DNA of 64,000 nt from assembly GCA_963809485.1 (NCBI GenBank), contig CAWEJX010000015.1, forward strand, positions 32,001 through 96,000, read 5' to 3'. A model generated the notes under the pieces. That model worked only from the letters and a program-made list of their open reading frames with translations, ran no database searches and was not told the DNA's origin. Source of the DNA: an uncultured Acidobacteriota bacterium (GTDB taxonomy: Bacteria > Acidobacteriota > UBA6911). This document shows, piece after piece, positions 55,560 through 64,000 of the stretch. Position 1 is the stretch's first letter. Every line of letters starts with the position of its first letter. Both the position numbers and the translations under genes were made by a program.

Positions 55560-56366
55560 ATGCAAAACATACTGAGCAGAATGCTTGGATTTCCCTTCCG
55601 CATTCTCGCAAAATCCATCCTGGAAATTCAAGCCTACACCCTCTTGTCCGCCCGAGCCATCGCAAACCTTTTTACGCGCCCGATTTATTTTCGTGAGGTC
55701 CTGCTTCAGATGGATCGCATGGGCATCGGGTCGCTCATCATCATCATCCTGACCGGATTCTTTACCGGTGCGGTCATGGCTATTCAATCCGAGGGCGCCC
55801 TGCGCAGGTACGGCGCCGTCAGCATGACGGGCCAGCTTGTTTCCCTGACGGTGATCCGCGAGCTGGGCCCTGTGCTCTCCGCGTTGATGCTGGCCGGGCG
55901 CGTGGGCGCGGGCATCGCGTCGGAATTAGGCTCGATGGTTGTATCGGAGCAGATCAGCGCCATGCGTTCTCTGGGGACGGATCCCACCCGCCGGCTGGTG
56001 ACCCCCCGCATGATGGCCCTGGTCCTGATGCTGCCGCTCCTCACAATAGTCTGTGACTCGGTGGGCATGTTCGGCGGCTGGCTGATCGCGAAATACAAGC
56101 TCCTCATCAGCTCGAGCCAGTACTGGGCGGACGCAATCGACGCGATCCAGTTTTCCGACCTCGTCGGAACCTTCGTCAAGCCCGTCGTCTTCGGATTCAT
56201 CGTGTCGATCACCGGCTGCTACGTCGGGCTGCGTACCAGCGGCGGCACCGAGGGCGTCGGGAGATCCACGACCCAGGCGGTCGTCAGCAGTTCCGTCCTG
56301 GTTCTTGCGGCCGATTTTTTACTGAATAATATACTGATTTATCTGGCCCCCTATCTGAATGCATGA
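55560..56366 (+). CDS. mlaE: MlaE-family ABC permease
   Basis: RELGPVL, AGRVGAGIASELGSM, GVGRSTT. Confidence 0.92.
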   Translation: MQNILSRMLGFPFRILAKSILEIQAYTLLSARAIANLFTRPIYFREVLLQMDRMGIGSLIIIILTGFFTGAVMAIQSEGALRRYGAVSMTGQLVSLTVIRELGPVLSALMLAGRVGAGIASELGSMVVSEQISAMRSLGTDPTRRLVTPRMMALVLMLPLLTIVCDSVGMFGGWLIAKYKLLISSSQYWADAIDAIQFSDLVGTFVKPVVFGFIVSITGCYVGLRTSGGTEGVGRSTTQAVVSSSVLVLAADFLLNNILIYLAPYLNA

Positions 56367-57151
56367 TCGAATTTAGAAACGTTTACAAATCATTCGACAA
56401 TGAAGCTGTCCTGAAGGACATCAGCTTCAGGATCAGCCGCGGCGAGACCAAGATCATCCTGGGAGAAAGCGGATCCGGCAAATCCACCATCCTGAAGCTG
56501 ATCCTTGGCTTGATTCAGGCCGACTCGGGCCAGATCCTGGTGGAGGGCCAGGATATCACTCGAATGACGGAGCAGCAGCTGGTCTCCATCCGGCGCGACA
56601 TCGGCATGGTGTTCCAGGAAGGCGCGCTCTTCGACTCTCTCAGCGTAAGGGAAAATGTCGGCTACCGGCTCTTTGAAGAAAGGCGCTTGAGCGAGAGCGA
56701 AATCGAAAACGAGGTGGCCGAACTCCTGGGCTTCGTCGGCCTCGAGGACGCCATCGACAAAATGCCGGCCGAGCTTTCAGGCGGCATGAAGCGCAGGGTC
56801 GGCATTGCCCGGGCTCTCGTCGGAACCCCGAAGATCGTCCTCTACGACGAGCCCACGGCAGGACTGGATCCCATAACCAAGCGCGTCATAATTGAGCTGG
56901 TAATCAAGCTGCGTGATATGGAGGGCGTGACCAGCGTTTTTGTCACGCATGATTTGCATGCGGCGTCCATCATCGCAACCGAATTCGCGTCGGCGGGCAA
57001 GGACGGCGAGATATCCTTCGGGTCGCGCAGGGGATCCTCTCACAAGGAGATCAATTTCATCATGCTCCAGAACGCCTCAATCTGCTTCGAGGGCGGCTAC
57101 CGGGCACTGATGGAATCCAAAATGCCTTACATTCAGACATTCGTAGCGTAG
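56363..57151 (+). CDS. mlaF: MlaF-family ABC ATPase
   Basis: GESGSGKS, ALFDSL, LSGGMKRRV, DEPTAGLDP. Confidence 0.92.
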   Translation: MIEFRNVYKSFDNEAVLKDISFRISRGETKIILGESGSGKSTILKLILGLIQADSGQILVEGQDITRMTEQQLVSIRRDIGMVFQEGALFDSLSVRENVGYRLFEERRLSESEIENEVAELLGFVGLEDAIDKMPAELSGGMKRRVGIARALVGTPKIVLYDEPTAGLDPITKRVIIELVIKLRDMEGVTSVFVTHDLHAASIIATEFASAGKDGEISFGSRRGSSHKEINFIMLQNASICFEGGYRALMESKMPYIQTFVA

Positions 57152-57233
57152 CCGCCTGAAGCGTGTCTCAAAACCGGCCTGCCCGGGCCGGCAGCAACAG
57201 AGCACCGAAATTGCGCCCGTAAAAAGGAGCGAC

Positions 57234-58457
57234 ATGGCATCCAATAAGCAGGTTTCACTGGCAGGGATGAAGGTGGGGATCTTCGTCACGATTGCCTTGA
57301 TTCTGTTCACGATTTTGATACTTCAGCAAAGCTGGGGATTCCGATGGTTTTCCAAAGAGCCCAAGGCCATCACATACCTGCCGGATGTCGGTGGTTTGAA
57401 GCCGGGCGCCCCCGTGTGGCTGGCGGGACTGGAAATAGGCCGCGTCCGCAAAGTTTCGATCGTCCCTCCCGAAGCCTATCCCGGCAATGCCGCAATTTAT
57501 GCGCAGATCGAAGAACTCAACAAAGAGATTGCGGGAATGGATGCGAAAGTTCCATCAGACCAGCGCGGCATTGAGGATCTCCAGGACCGAATCCGCAACC
57601 TCAAGGATGATATAAGGCTGGTCGAAGTTCAGCTGGAGATCCGGCAGGAGTACCTGAACCGGATCGGTAATGATTCCGAAGTCAGCATCGAATCGAGGGG
57701 GCTGATCGGCGATTCGTTCATCAACCTTTCTCCCGGGACTGCCGGCGTACTCCCGGAAAAAAGGGGAGAGTTCTATATTATTGAAGGCCTCCAGCGCCCC
57801 GGCTTCCGTGAGATCATGACCGGCGCCAACGACGTGGTGGCGAACTTCGGTGTTCTTTCCGAAAGATTCAAAGACATCGCCATGAAGATCCAGCCCGGCA
57901 AGGTCGGAGACAGCCTTGCCGCAACCGTGCAGGACGTGCAGACGACCGTCCGCCAGGCGGGCAGGACCTTCGCCCGCGCCACGGATCTGATCGAGGAGTT
58001 GCACTCCGGGAAGGGCACCATCGGCAGAGTTGTGTCCGACCCGGAATTGTACGAGCGGCTCACCGCGTCCCTGGAGAAATTCAACAACATCGCCGAAAGC
58101 ATTCAGAACGGGAAAGGCACCATCGGCAAGCTCATCAACGATCCTTCCCTGTTCAACACGGCCAACGATACCCTCAAAAAAGCCGAGCTGGTTATGGGCA
58201 GGATCGAGAAAGGCGAAGGGACACTGGGGAAGCTTTCCAGGGATACCGAGCTGTATGACAGGAGCAGGACCGCCCTGGAGCGTTTCGCTTCCCTGGCAGA
58301 GCAGATCGATCAGGGGAAAGGCACCCTGGGCAAGCTGATCAAAGATCCCAGCCTGTACAACAACCTGGATCAGTCGAGCGCCGAGATAACCAAGCTCCTG
58401 TATGATTTGAGACAGGATCCCAAGAAGTATCTGACCATCCGCGTCCGGATCTTTTAA
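57234..58457 (+). CDS. mlaD: MlaD/MCE family protein
   Basis: N-terminal TM, GLKPGAPV...IGRV, GLIGD; four G-x-GT-x-G repeats. Confidence 0.9.
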   Translation: MASNKQVSLAGMKVGIFVTIALILFTILILQQSWGFRWFSKEPKAITYLPDVGGLKPGAPVWLAGLEIGRVRKVSIVPPEAYPGNAAIYAQIEELNKEIAGMDAKVPSDQRGIEDLQDRIRNLKDDIRLVEVQLEIRQEYLNRIGNDSEVSIESRGLIGDSFINLSPGTAGVLPEKRGEFYIIEGLQRPGFREIMTGANDVVANFGVLSERFKDIAMKIQPGKVGDSLAATVQDVQTTVRQAGRTFARATDLIEELHSGKGTIGRVVSDPELYERLTASLEKFNNIAESIQNGKGTIGKLINDPSLFNTANDTLKKAELVMGRIEKGEGTLGKLSRDTELYDRSRTALERFASLAEQIDQGKGTLGKLIKDPSLYNNLDQSSAEITKLLYDLRQDPKKYLTIRVRIF

Positions 58458-58459
58458 CC

Positions 58460-58488
58460 TTGACAAGAATTTTGAATCTGTCTAGCCT
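58460..58488 (+). promoter_or_regulatory. Sigma70-type promoter, probably leaderless
   Basis: TTGACA-17-TAGCCT, 6 nt before ATG 58495; no SD. Confidence 0.6.
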
Positions 58489-58494
58489 AACGCC

Positions 58495-59109
58495 ATGTTT
58501 AGCAATGTGATCGGCCGTGGGGGGAAATTTGTCCTCGACCTGATTGTCAGGATCCTTACCCATTTCCGGATCAATCCCAATATTCTCACCTTCACGGGTG
58601 TGCTCATAAGCCTTTGGGCAGCTTTCGAGTTCAGCTATGGCAATTACCGCCGCGGCGGGCTCGTCATAATCCTTGCGGGTTTGTTCGACATGCTCGACGG
58701 CGAAGTCGCGCGCGTGAGCAAGTCCGAGACACGCTTCGGCGCCTTCTACGATTCGGTCATCGACCGGTATTCCGACATCATCATCCTTCAGGGACTGATG
58801 GTTCACTATGCCAGGCATATGATGCTCGGGTATGTCGTCCTGGTCGGCGTGGTTTTCATGGGCGCCGTCCTGACCAGCTACGCCCGGGCCCGGGCCGAGT
58901 CCATCATCCCTTCGTGCAAGGTGGGATTCATGGAGCGCCCGGAAAGGATCGTGCTGCTCATCATCGGCGGTCTGGCCAACCGCATGGAAGCAGTGCTGTG
59001 GATACTCGCGGTCCTGGGCAACTGGACCGTCATCAACCGGATCTACTACACCTGGAAAGAACTCCCCAAACCCAAAGAGATCGCACATCCCCACGCCTCA
59101 AGTCTGTAA
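58495..59109 (+). CDS. CDP-alcohol phosphatidyltransferase
   Basis: PNILT, DMLDGEVAR...FGAFYDSVIDR signature. Confidence 0.93.
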   Translation: MFSNVIGRGGKFVLDLIVRILTHFRINPNILTFTGVLISLWAAFEFSYGNYRRGGLVIILAGLFDMLDGEVARVSKSETRFGAFYDSVIDRYSDIIILQGLMVHYARHMMLGYVVLVGVVFMGAVLTSYARARAESIIPSCKVGFMERPERIVLLIIGGLANRMEAVLWILAVLGNWTVINRIYYTWKELPKPKEIAHPHASSL

Positions 59110-59112
59110 TAA

Positions 59113-59185
59113 AACACTGACGAACGCCGATATTAAATAGATTTTTTCAGCGTGCGTCGGCGTTCTGTCGGCGTGCGTCAGCGTA
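59113..59185. repeat. Stand-alone CGCTGAC/GTCAGCG core between convergent genes
   Basis: ACACTGACGAACGCCG...ATTTTTTCAGCGTGCGTCGGCG...CGTCAGCGT. Confidence 0.75.
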
Positions 59186-59187
59186 AT

Positions 59188-59919
59188 TTACTGTATTCTC
59201 TGGATGTCCACACCGGAGGGCAATTTCTGTTCGAATCTGGAATCGGGAATTTTTGTATTCAGCTTTTCTTCGAAAAAGCTGACCAGCAGGTAATCCCCGC
59301 TCGGTTCCTGGAGTTTCTGCTGGATGGGGATTCCGCTGGATTTTTTTACCCATAGCGTGATCGAGGAAAACATGGCGGCTGCTTTCGCGCTCCTGGGTTT
59401 GAACAGAAGAACGGAGCAGGGCGCCCCGTTAACCGTTTCATTTCCTTGATAGGAAATTTGAAACGTCTCCTGCAGCTTGGCCGGCGACTGGCCGATGCCC
59501 AGCGCCAGGTATTCGGCCTTGTCCTTGTTCTGCCCCAGGTTGGCGATTTGAGCCTGCTTAATGTCGGGCTGATAGATGGTCGCGCTCCCGCCCTTGATGG
59601 TCAGGATCCGGCGGCCCGGGCTGGTGGCATCCTGGCGCAGCATCGCCGACCCGTCCCTGGCGCGGGCGTAATAAAACTCGCCCGTCTCGGGAGTGTCGAA
59701 CTCCTTCAGCACGGCCGTATATTTCTTCTGAGAAAACTTCGCAGCGAAAGTCTTGAAGCCTTTGCCGACCGATTCCATCTGGGCGAGGACGCGATCCAGG
59801 TCGCTTTTCTCCTTGCCCTGGCCGCCGAAGACGGAAACACTCAACAGCAGGCAGCACCAGGCCGCGAGCGCAATCCGGCCCCTTCCCGCAGGCAGGTGAC
59901 TATGGCCATAGGTTTTCAT
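59188..59919 (-). CDS. LolA-like periplasmic lipoprotein carrier
   Basis: Signal peptide; FAAKFSQKK, YQPDIKQA, IPDSRFEQKLPSGV (LolA-type C-terminus). Confidence 0.75.
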   Translation of the reverse strand: MKTYGHSHLPAGRGRIALAAWCCLLLSVSVFGGQGKEKSDLDRVLAQMESVGKGFKTFAAKFSQKKYTAVLKEFDTPETGEFYYARARDGSAMLRQDATSPGRRILTIKGGSATIYQPDIKQAQIANLGQNKDKAEYLALGIGQSPAKLQETFQISYQGNETVNGAPCSVLLFKPRSAKAAAMFSSITLWVKKSSGIPIQQKLQEPSGDYLLVSFFEEKLNTKIPDSRFEQKLPSGVDIQRIQ

Positions 59920-60128
59920 CGGTGAAGATCCGTTTTGGCGCCTTGGGGGGCGCTGCTGACCGGAGGATGGGCGATCCGCGCCCTGTCGGCTCTTTTGGCT
60001 ATGAAGCAGCTGGGGGGGACGAAGAAGATGAACGCCAGGATCAGGGCGCAAATGATGTCGTACTGGATCGTGCCGCGCCCGTACGCCCACACGAAGATAT
60101 TCCGGGCTGTGCTCCTGATATTCGTCAT
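59916..60128 (-). CDS. Small single-TM hypothetical protein
   Basis: WAYGRGTIQYDIICALILAFIFFVP; ATGA overlap with the LolA-like gene. Confidence 0.75.
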   Translation of the reverse strand: MTNIRSTARNIFVWAYGRGTIQYDIICALILAFIFFVPPSCFIAKRADRARIAHPPVSSAPQGAKTDLHR

Positions 60129-60146
60129 AGGCTTGCAGCAAAACCC

Positions 60147-60875
60147 CTAATACACGAGTTCATAGGAAAATCTGGAGGCCGGATTCAGAATGTGTCCGTC
60201 CTTCATTTCAACCACGCGGCTGGCGATCGAGGCTGCCTCGGAATCGTGCGTAATCATCACGATGGTCTGGTGAAGCTTCTCGTTGAGGTCCCGCAGGATC
60301 TCGAGGACGATGCGGGAGTTGCGCGAATCGAGGCTGCCGGTCGGCTCATCCGCGAGCACGATCGAGGGCCGGTTGATCACAGCCCGGGCTATGGCTACGC
60401 GCTGCTGTTCCCCGCCGGAGAGCTCGGCCGGCCGGAAATTGATTTTTTCCTGCAGCCCGAGCATGTTCAATATCTGGTCCACGCCGTTGAGGCTCAAATA
60501 GCCGTTGCCATGGATCTGTTTGGCCAGCTCGATGTTTCCTTTGGCCGTGAGCGTCGGCAAAAGATTGAACCGCTGGAACACGTATCCGATTTTTTTGCGG
60601 CGCATCGCCGTGCGCTCGGAATCCGAGAGCTTGGCAATATCGATGCCGTCGATCATGATCCGGCCGGCGGTCGGCTGGAGCAATCCGCCCAGAAGGTGGA
60701 GCAGGGTGGATTTTCCGCAGCCCGAAGGCCCCATGACCGCGATGAATTCGCCCTGTTCCACGTTGAGATTGATATGCTGCAGGGCGGGAACGTCCACTTT
60801 TCCGGACCTGTAGGTCATGCACAGGTCAACGGTTTCGATGGCATTGCTCGAAGTAAATTCGGCCATAGTCTCCAT
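60147..60875 (-). CDS. ABC ATPase, LolD/MacB type
   Basis: [34 protein letters not shown]. Confidence 0.93.
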   Translation of the reverse strand: METMAEFTSSNAIETVDLCMTYRSGKVDVPALQHINLNVEQGEFIAVMGPSGCGKSTLLHLLGGLLQPTAGRIMIDGIDIAKLSDSERTAMRRKKIGYVFQRFNLLPTLTAKGNIELAKQIHGNGYLSLNGVDQILNMLGLQEKINFRPAELSGGEQQRVAIARAVINRPSIVLADEPTGSLDSRNSRIVLEILRDLNEKLHQTIVMITHDSEAASIASRVVEMKDGHILNPASRFSYELVY

Positions 60876-60879
60876 GTCC

Positions 60880-61974
60880 CTACTCGAAACTCAGCGCTCT
60901 TACGGGATCCATCCGCGCGGCCTTGTAAGCCGGATAAAGCGCACCCAGGGTTCCTGCCACCAAACCCAATATCAAGCCTCGAATCAGGTCGTCCATGCTC
61001 ATTGCCACCTGCAAAGTCGGGAACTTCGTGATGATGATCTTACGAACAACCTCACTGATGCCGATTCCAAGAAGCGCGCCTAAACAGCATATAATAACAG
61101 ATTCCTTCAAAATCATGCCAACTATAAATCGGCGGGAAGCTCCCAGCGATTTAAGAATACCTATTTCCCGGGTGCGCTCGAAAATGGTCGTGTACATCGC
61201 AAGCAGGATTACCATGAAGCTCAGCATCATCGACACCAGCACCACGGTCATGCGGAATTCCTTGAATCCGGGCAGCCTCGCATCCGCCAGCAGCAGGTTG
61301 GAATCCGATGCCCGGGCCAGAGAGTAATTGGGAAATTGCCCGCGCAGGTCCTGGAATACCGCAGGGATATCGGAGCCGGGAACGGCTTTGATGAACATGA
61401 TGGTGACGTTATCGGGCGTTCCATTCAGCTTCTGGAGCGTTTTGAGAGGCACGAAAATCCTCACGATGGCGCCGGGCCGGCAGATGCCGGAAACGGTAAA
61501 TTCGTGGTTCAGCACGGACATCTTCATGCCGGGGGCAAGCTTTTTGGACTCGGCATAAAGCTGATCGACGATGACTTCGTCGTCCTTCAGTGATTCCCTG
61601 CCGGATACTACCTTCAGGCGGCCGTCGAACTGGTTGTAGCTCTCCATGTCGATCCCGAAGACCAGGCTGAAATCCGAAGAGCTGAACTTGGCCAGGACGG
61701 GCGTTACCGCCGCAATTCCCTGAACCTCCGCTATTTTGCCCGCCAGCTTGATATTTAAAGCCGCATTGCTGAAAGCGTAGAAAACCGAAGAGCCTGTCGG
61801 CTGAAGAATGTAGTCGGCGCCCAGCCCCACCGTTCGTCCCAGGTAGTCATCGAGCGTCCCCCTGGCTATCCCGCCTATGATGAGCATGAGAACCACACCC
61901 AGCGCAACCGCGAAAATGCTGATGAAGGCGCGGGTAGGACGGGAACGTATATTGGCAGTGATGAGATTTTCCAT
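60880..61974 (-). CDS. ABC permease, FtsX/LolC/MacB type
   Basis: [29 protein letters not shown]. Confidence 0.92.
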   Translation of the reverse strand: MENLITANIRSRPTRAFISIFAVALGVVLMLIIGGIARGTLDDYLGRTVGLGADYILQPTGSSVFYAFSNAALNIKLAGKIAEVQGIAAVTPVLAKFSSSDFSLVFGIDMESYNQFDGRLKVVSGRESLKDDEVIVDQLYAESKKLAPGMKMSVLNHEFTVSGICRPGAIVRIFVPLKTLQKLNGTPDNVTIMFIKAVPGSDIPAVFQDLRGQFPNYSLARASDSNLLLADARLPGFKEFRMTVVLVSMMLSFMVILLAMYTTIFERTREIGILKSLGASRRFIVGMILKESVIICCLGALLGIGISEVVRKIIITKFPTLQVAMSMDDLIRGLILGLVAGTLGALYPAYKAARMDPVRALSFE

Positions 61975-62922
61975 TTATGAAGCTGTGCTCCTTCCCTTCT
62001 CCCTAAAAGGAACGATCTGTGCCCCCTCGGGAGGCGCCAGAATAAATGCATCCTCCGGCAGGTCCGGATTTACACGCCAGGCCTTGAACTCCATGTCGAG
62101 GGCATAGCCATCCATGGGCCTATCGATGTGGATTTTCCCGGGCAGATGATAGCTATCCACAAATAACTCACCGGAATAAATGATATCACTTATCACGTGC
62201 CCTTCTTCCTGATAAACCTGTTGCCGCTCGACCGTAAGCCCGGACCGCTCGATCCAGATATCGCGGACCGGATGGATCCTCCGGGAAATACCTTCCCTGT
62301 ATAAAGATAAGACATAATATTTGGCGTGAGCGGTCATTTCCTCCTTAACCGCAGCGTAAATTCCCGGGGCATCCAACGGGATGCTCGGGGGAAGTATCGC
62401 CTCGAATATGTGCGTCGCGCGTATCGTGAACCCGGGAGAATTGGGCAAATCCTCAGCAACCAGTTCCCTGGCGCTGTTTTTGCCTGTATAAAATTTGTTC
62501 TCCCTTGGGACCCATACGCAAAACTCGTCTCCCACCGATAGAAGATCCAAAAGCGCGGTCTTTGTTACAGGGATCTGCACGACCAGCCGGATTGAGTCCG
62601 GCCGTTTCAGCAAAATATAACCCGGGGCGCTCCGGTACTTCTGAAGCTCGCCGCTCTCGATTTTCCCGGATGTAAGAGTAAACCGTAAATTATTGCATGA
62701 CAAGGCGCTAATATTTGCGAAGCTTTGCGCAATGCTCAGCAATTCTTCAAACGTTGCCGATTTCGCCTGAAGAATTTTCGGATGAACGGCGGTCCGGACT
62801 GTCCGCTTAATGCTGCAACCCGAGCCGGCGCACCATACAAACGCAAGCAGAATAGATCCCAGAAGGAAGGAATTTCGGCGCCGTTTCGCCGCAAGTGCTG
62901 GCAATATAAAAGTTTTTTTCAT
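61975..62922 (-). CDS. Putative lipoprotein, LolA/LolB-fold-like
   Basis: Basic N-terminus, hydrophobic stretch, AGSG|C lipobox-like site; beta-rich; LPEDAFILAPPEGA tail. Confidence 0.7.
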   Translation of the reverse strand: MKKTFILPALAAKRRRNSFLLGSILLAFVWCAGSGCSIKRTVRTAVHPKILQAKSATFEELLSIAQSFANISALSCNNLRFTLTSGKIESGELQKYRSAPGYILLKRPDSIRLVVQIPVTKTALLDLLSVGDEFCVWVPRENKFYTGKNSARELVAEDLPNSPGFTIRATHIFEAILPPSIPLDAPGIYAAVKEEMTAHAKYYVLSLYREGISRRIHPVRDIWIERSGLTVERQQVYQEEGHVISDIIYSGELFVDSYHLPGKIHIDRPMDGYALDMEFKAWRVNPDLPEDAFILAPPEGAQIVPFREKGRSTAS

Positions 62923-62953
62923 CAAAGCTTCAGACCACACGTTTGCCGGCGAG

Positions 62954-62982
62954 AATCTAACAGAGAATGAAGAACATGTCAA
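62954..62982 (-). promoter_or_regulatory. Sigma70-type promoter
   Basis: Minus strand TTGACA-17-TAGATT with TGn extension. Confidence 0.6.
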
Positions 62983-63050
62983 CCTATTGAAGCAATTCGA
63001 GATTCGAGATTCGAGACCCAAAGCCTGAGTGGGCGGATTTGAGGTATAAG

Positions 63051-63698
63051 TCAAGCGCCTGCGCCTTTGCCGGCTTTCGCGCGGCGCCGGTAGAAGGCCA
63101 TAGTCGCAACCAAGGCCAGCGCAAAAATGCCGCACAGAATCATCCCGATTACCTTAAGATTCTGCTGCATATAGAGTTTAACCGCATTACCGTAAAGCAC
63201 CGCCAGGATTCCCCACATAGAGTAACGGATCGATCGGCCGATCACGACTGCCGCTATGAACTCGGCGGTTTTAACGCGGAACACTCCCGCGCTGAGAACG
63301 AAAATCTTGAAAGGCATGGGCGGGGGAAAGACGCTGGGAATCGCAATGGTCAGGATCCCGTATTTTTCATAAAGCTTTTCCGCACGAGCGACGCTTTTTT
63401 CGGAAAACTTTTTCCTCAGGATCGGGCTGCCTCCTTTTCGGCCCACCGAGTAAAGCAGCAGGCAGCCGATAACCGAACCAATGATCGTCATGCTGACGTA
63501 ATAGGCCATGTTACCCCAGGACCCCCCCGTCGAAAGTATGACAATCAGCAGGTCGTTCCCTTCGGGAATGCTAAGAAAGGAGGAGTCGGCGATAGCCAGC
63601 AACAACACTCCCGGGCCGCCAAAGCTCGCGATCAGAGCACTTGCGGAACTACCCAGCTTTGCCAGCCAGTGCTGGCTCGATAAAAGCAATGAAACCAT
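63051..63698 (-). CDS. DedA/YqaA (VTT domain) membrane protein
   Basis: ADSSFLSIP, GRKGG, PPPMPFKIFVLSAG, GRSIRY. Confidence 0.88.
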   Translation of the reverse strand: MVSLLLSSQHWLAKLGSSASALIASFGGPGVLLLAIADSSFLSIPEGNDLLIVILSTGGSWGNMAYYVSMTIIGSVIGCLLLYSVGRKGGSPILRKKFSEKSVARAEKLYEKYGILTIAIPSVFPPPMPFKIFVLSAGVFRVKTAEFIAAVVIGRSIRYSMWGILAVLYGNAVKLYMQQNLKVIGMILCGIFALALVATMAFYRRRAKAGKGAGA

Positions 63699-63827
63699 TC
63701 GCCAAACACTCCGTCCCCAAATTGCCGGAGGGAAATTCAACGCGAGTGAAATTAACACAGCAGTCGAGCACCCGCAATGGAAAGTCCGCGCTGTAGTCGC
63801 GGGTTTTGGTGGGGAACGGAGGATCAA

Positions 63828-63899
63828 AGGGATTAGGGATTAGGGATTGGGGATTAGGGATTGGGGATTGGGGATTGGGGATTAGAGAATTAGGATTAA
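63828..63899. repeat. GGGATT(A/G) heptamer tandem repeat (~10 units)
   Basis: GGGATTAGGGATTAGGGATTGGGGATTAGGGATTGGGGATTGGGGATTGGGGATTAGAGAATTAGGATT. Confidence 0.9.
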
Positions 63900-64000
63900 G
63901 GAGCAGAGGACTCGAAAACCGCATCGGTGTTTTGCAAATTTGACGAATGCGCTGCTCCCCAATCCGCCTATTGTTGTCTCCCACCATGATCCTTCGCCCC

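Overview
GC-rich bacterial chromosomal segment, probably Acidobacteriota (inferred from gene content and synteny such as guaA-dnaE-accA and pilT-recX-alaS). It is mostly housekeeping and envelope genes: guaA, dnaE, accA, mutL, hisS, lpxL, mtnP, ltaE, hemW, radC, fabG, pilT, recX, alaS, amidase, pabB/C fusion, ftsY, birA, valS, bamD, rpe, rsmB, fmt, def, aroC, mlaEFD and a Lol-like operon. I found no rRNA, tRNA, CRISPR array, phage gene or transposase. The unusual signal is non-coding. (1) Ten copies of a ~260-bp non-autonomous element have IS200-type subterminal hairpins and a modular palindromic interior, including one Russian-doll copy. (2) The element's CGCTGAC/GTCAGCG core also occurs alone at gene 3' ends. 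(3) Several unrelated 7-8-nt tandem-repeat families are arranged as inverted arms; two fill a whole intergenic gap, with the stem closing next to the upstream stop and downstream start codon. (4) REP/REPIN-like palindromes are present. Also noted: a candidate ATT start for guaA, several apparently leaderless promoters, and single-base indels in pilT/recX/alaS/birA that are most likely sequencing errors.
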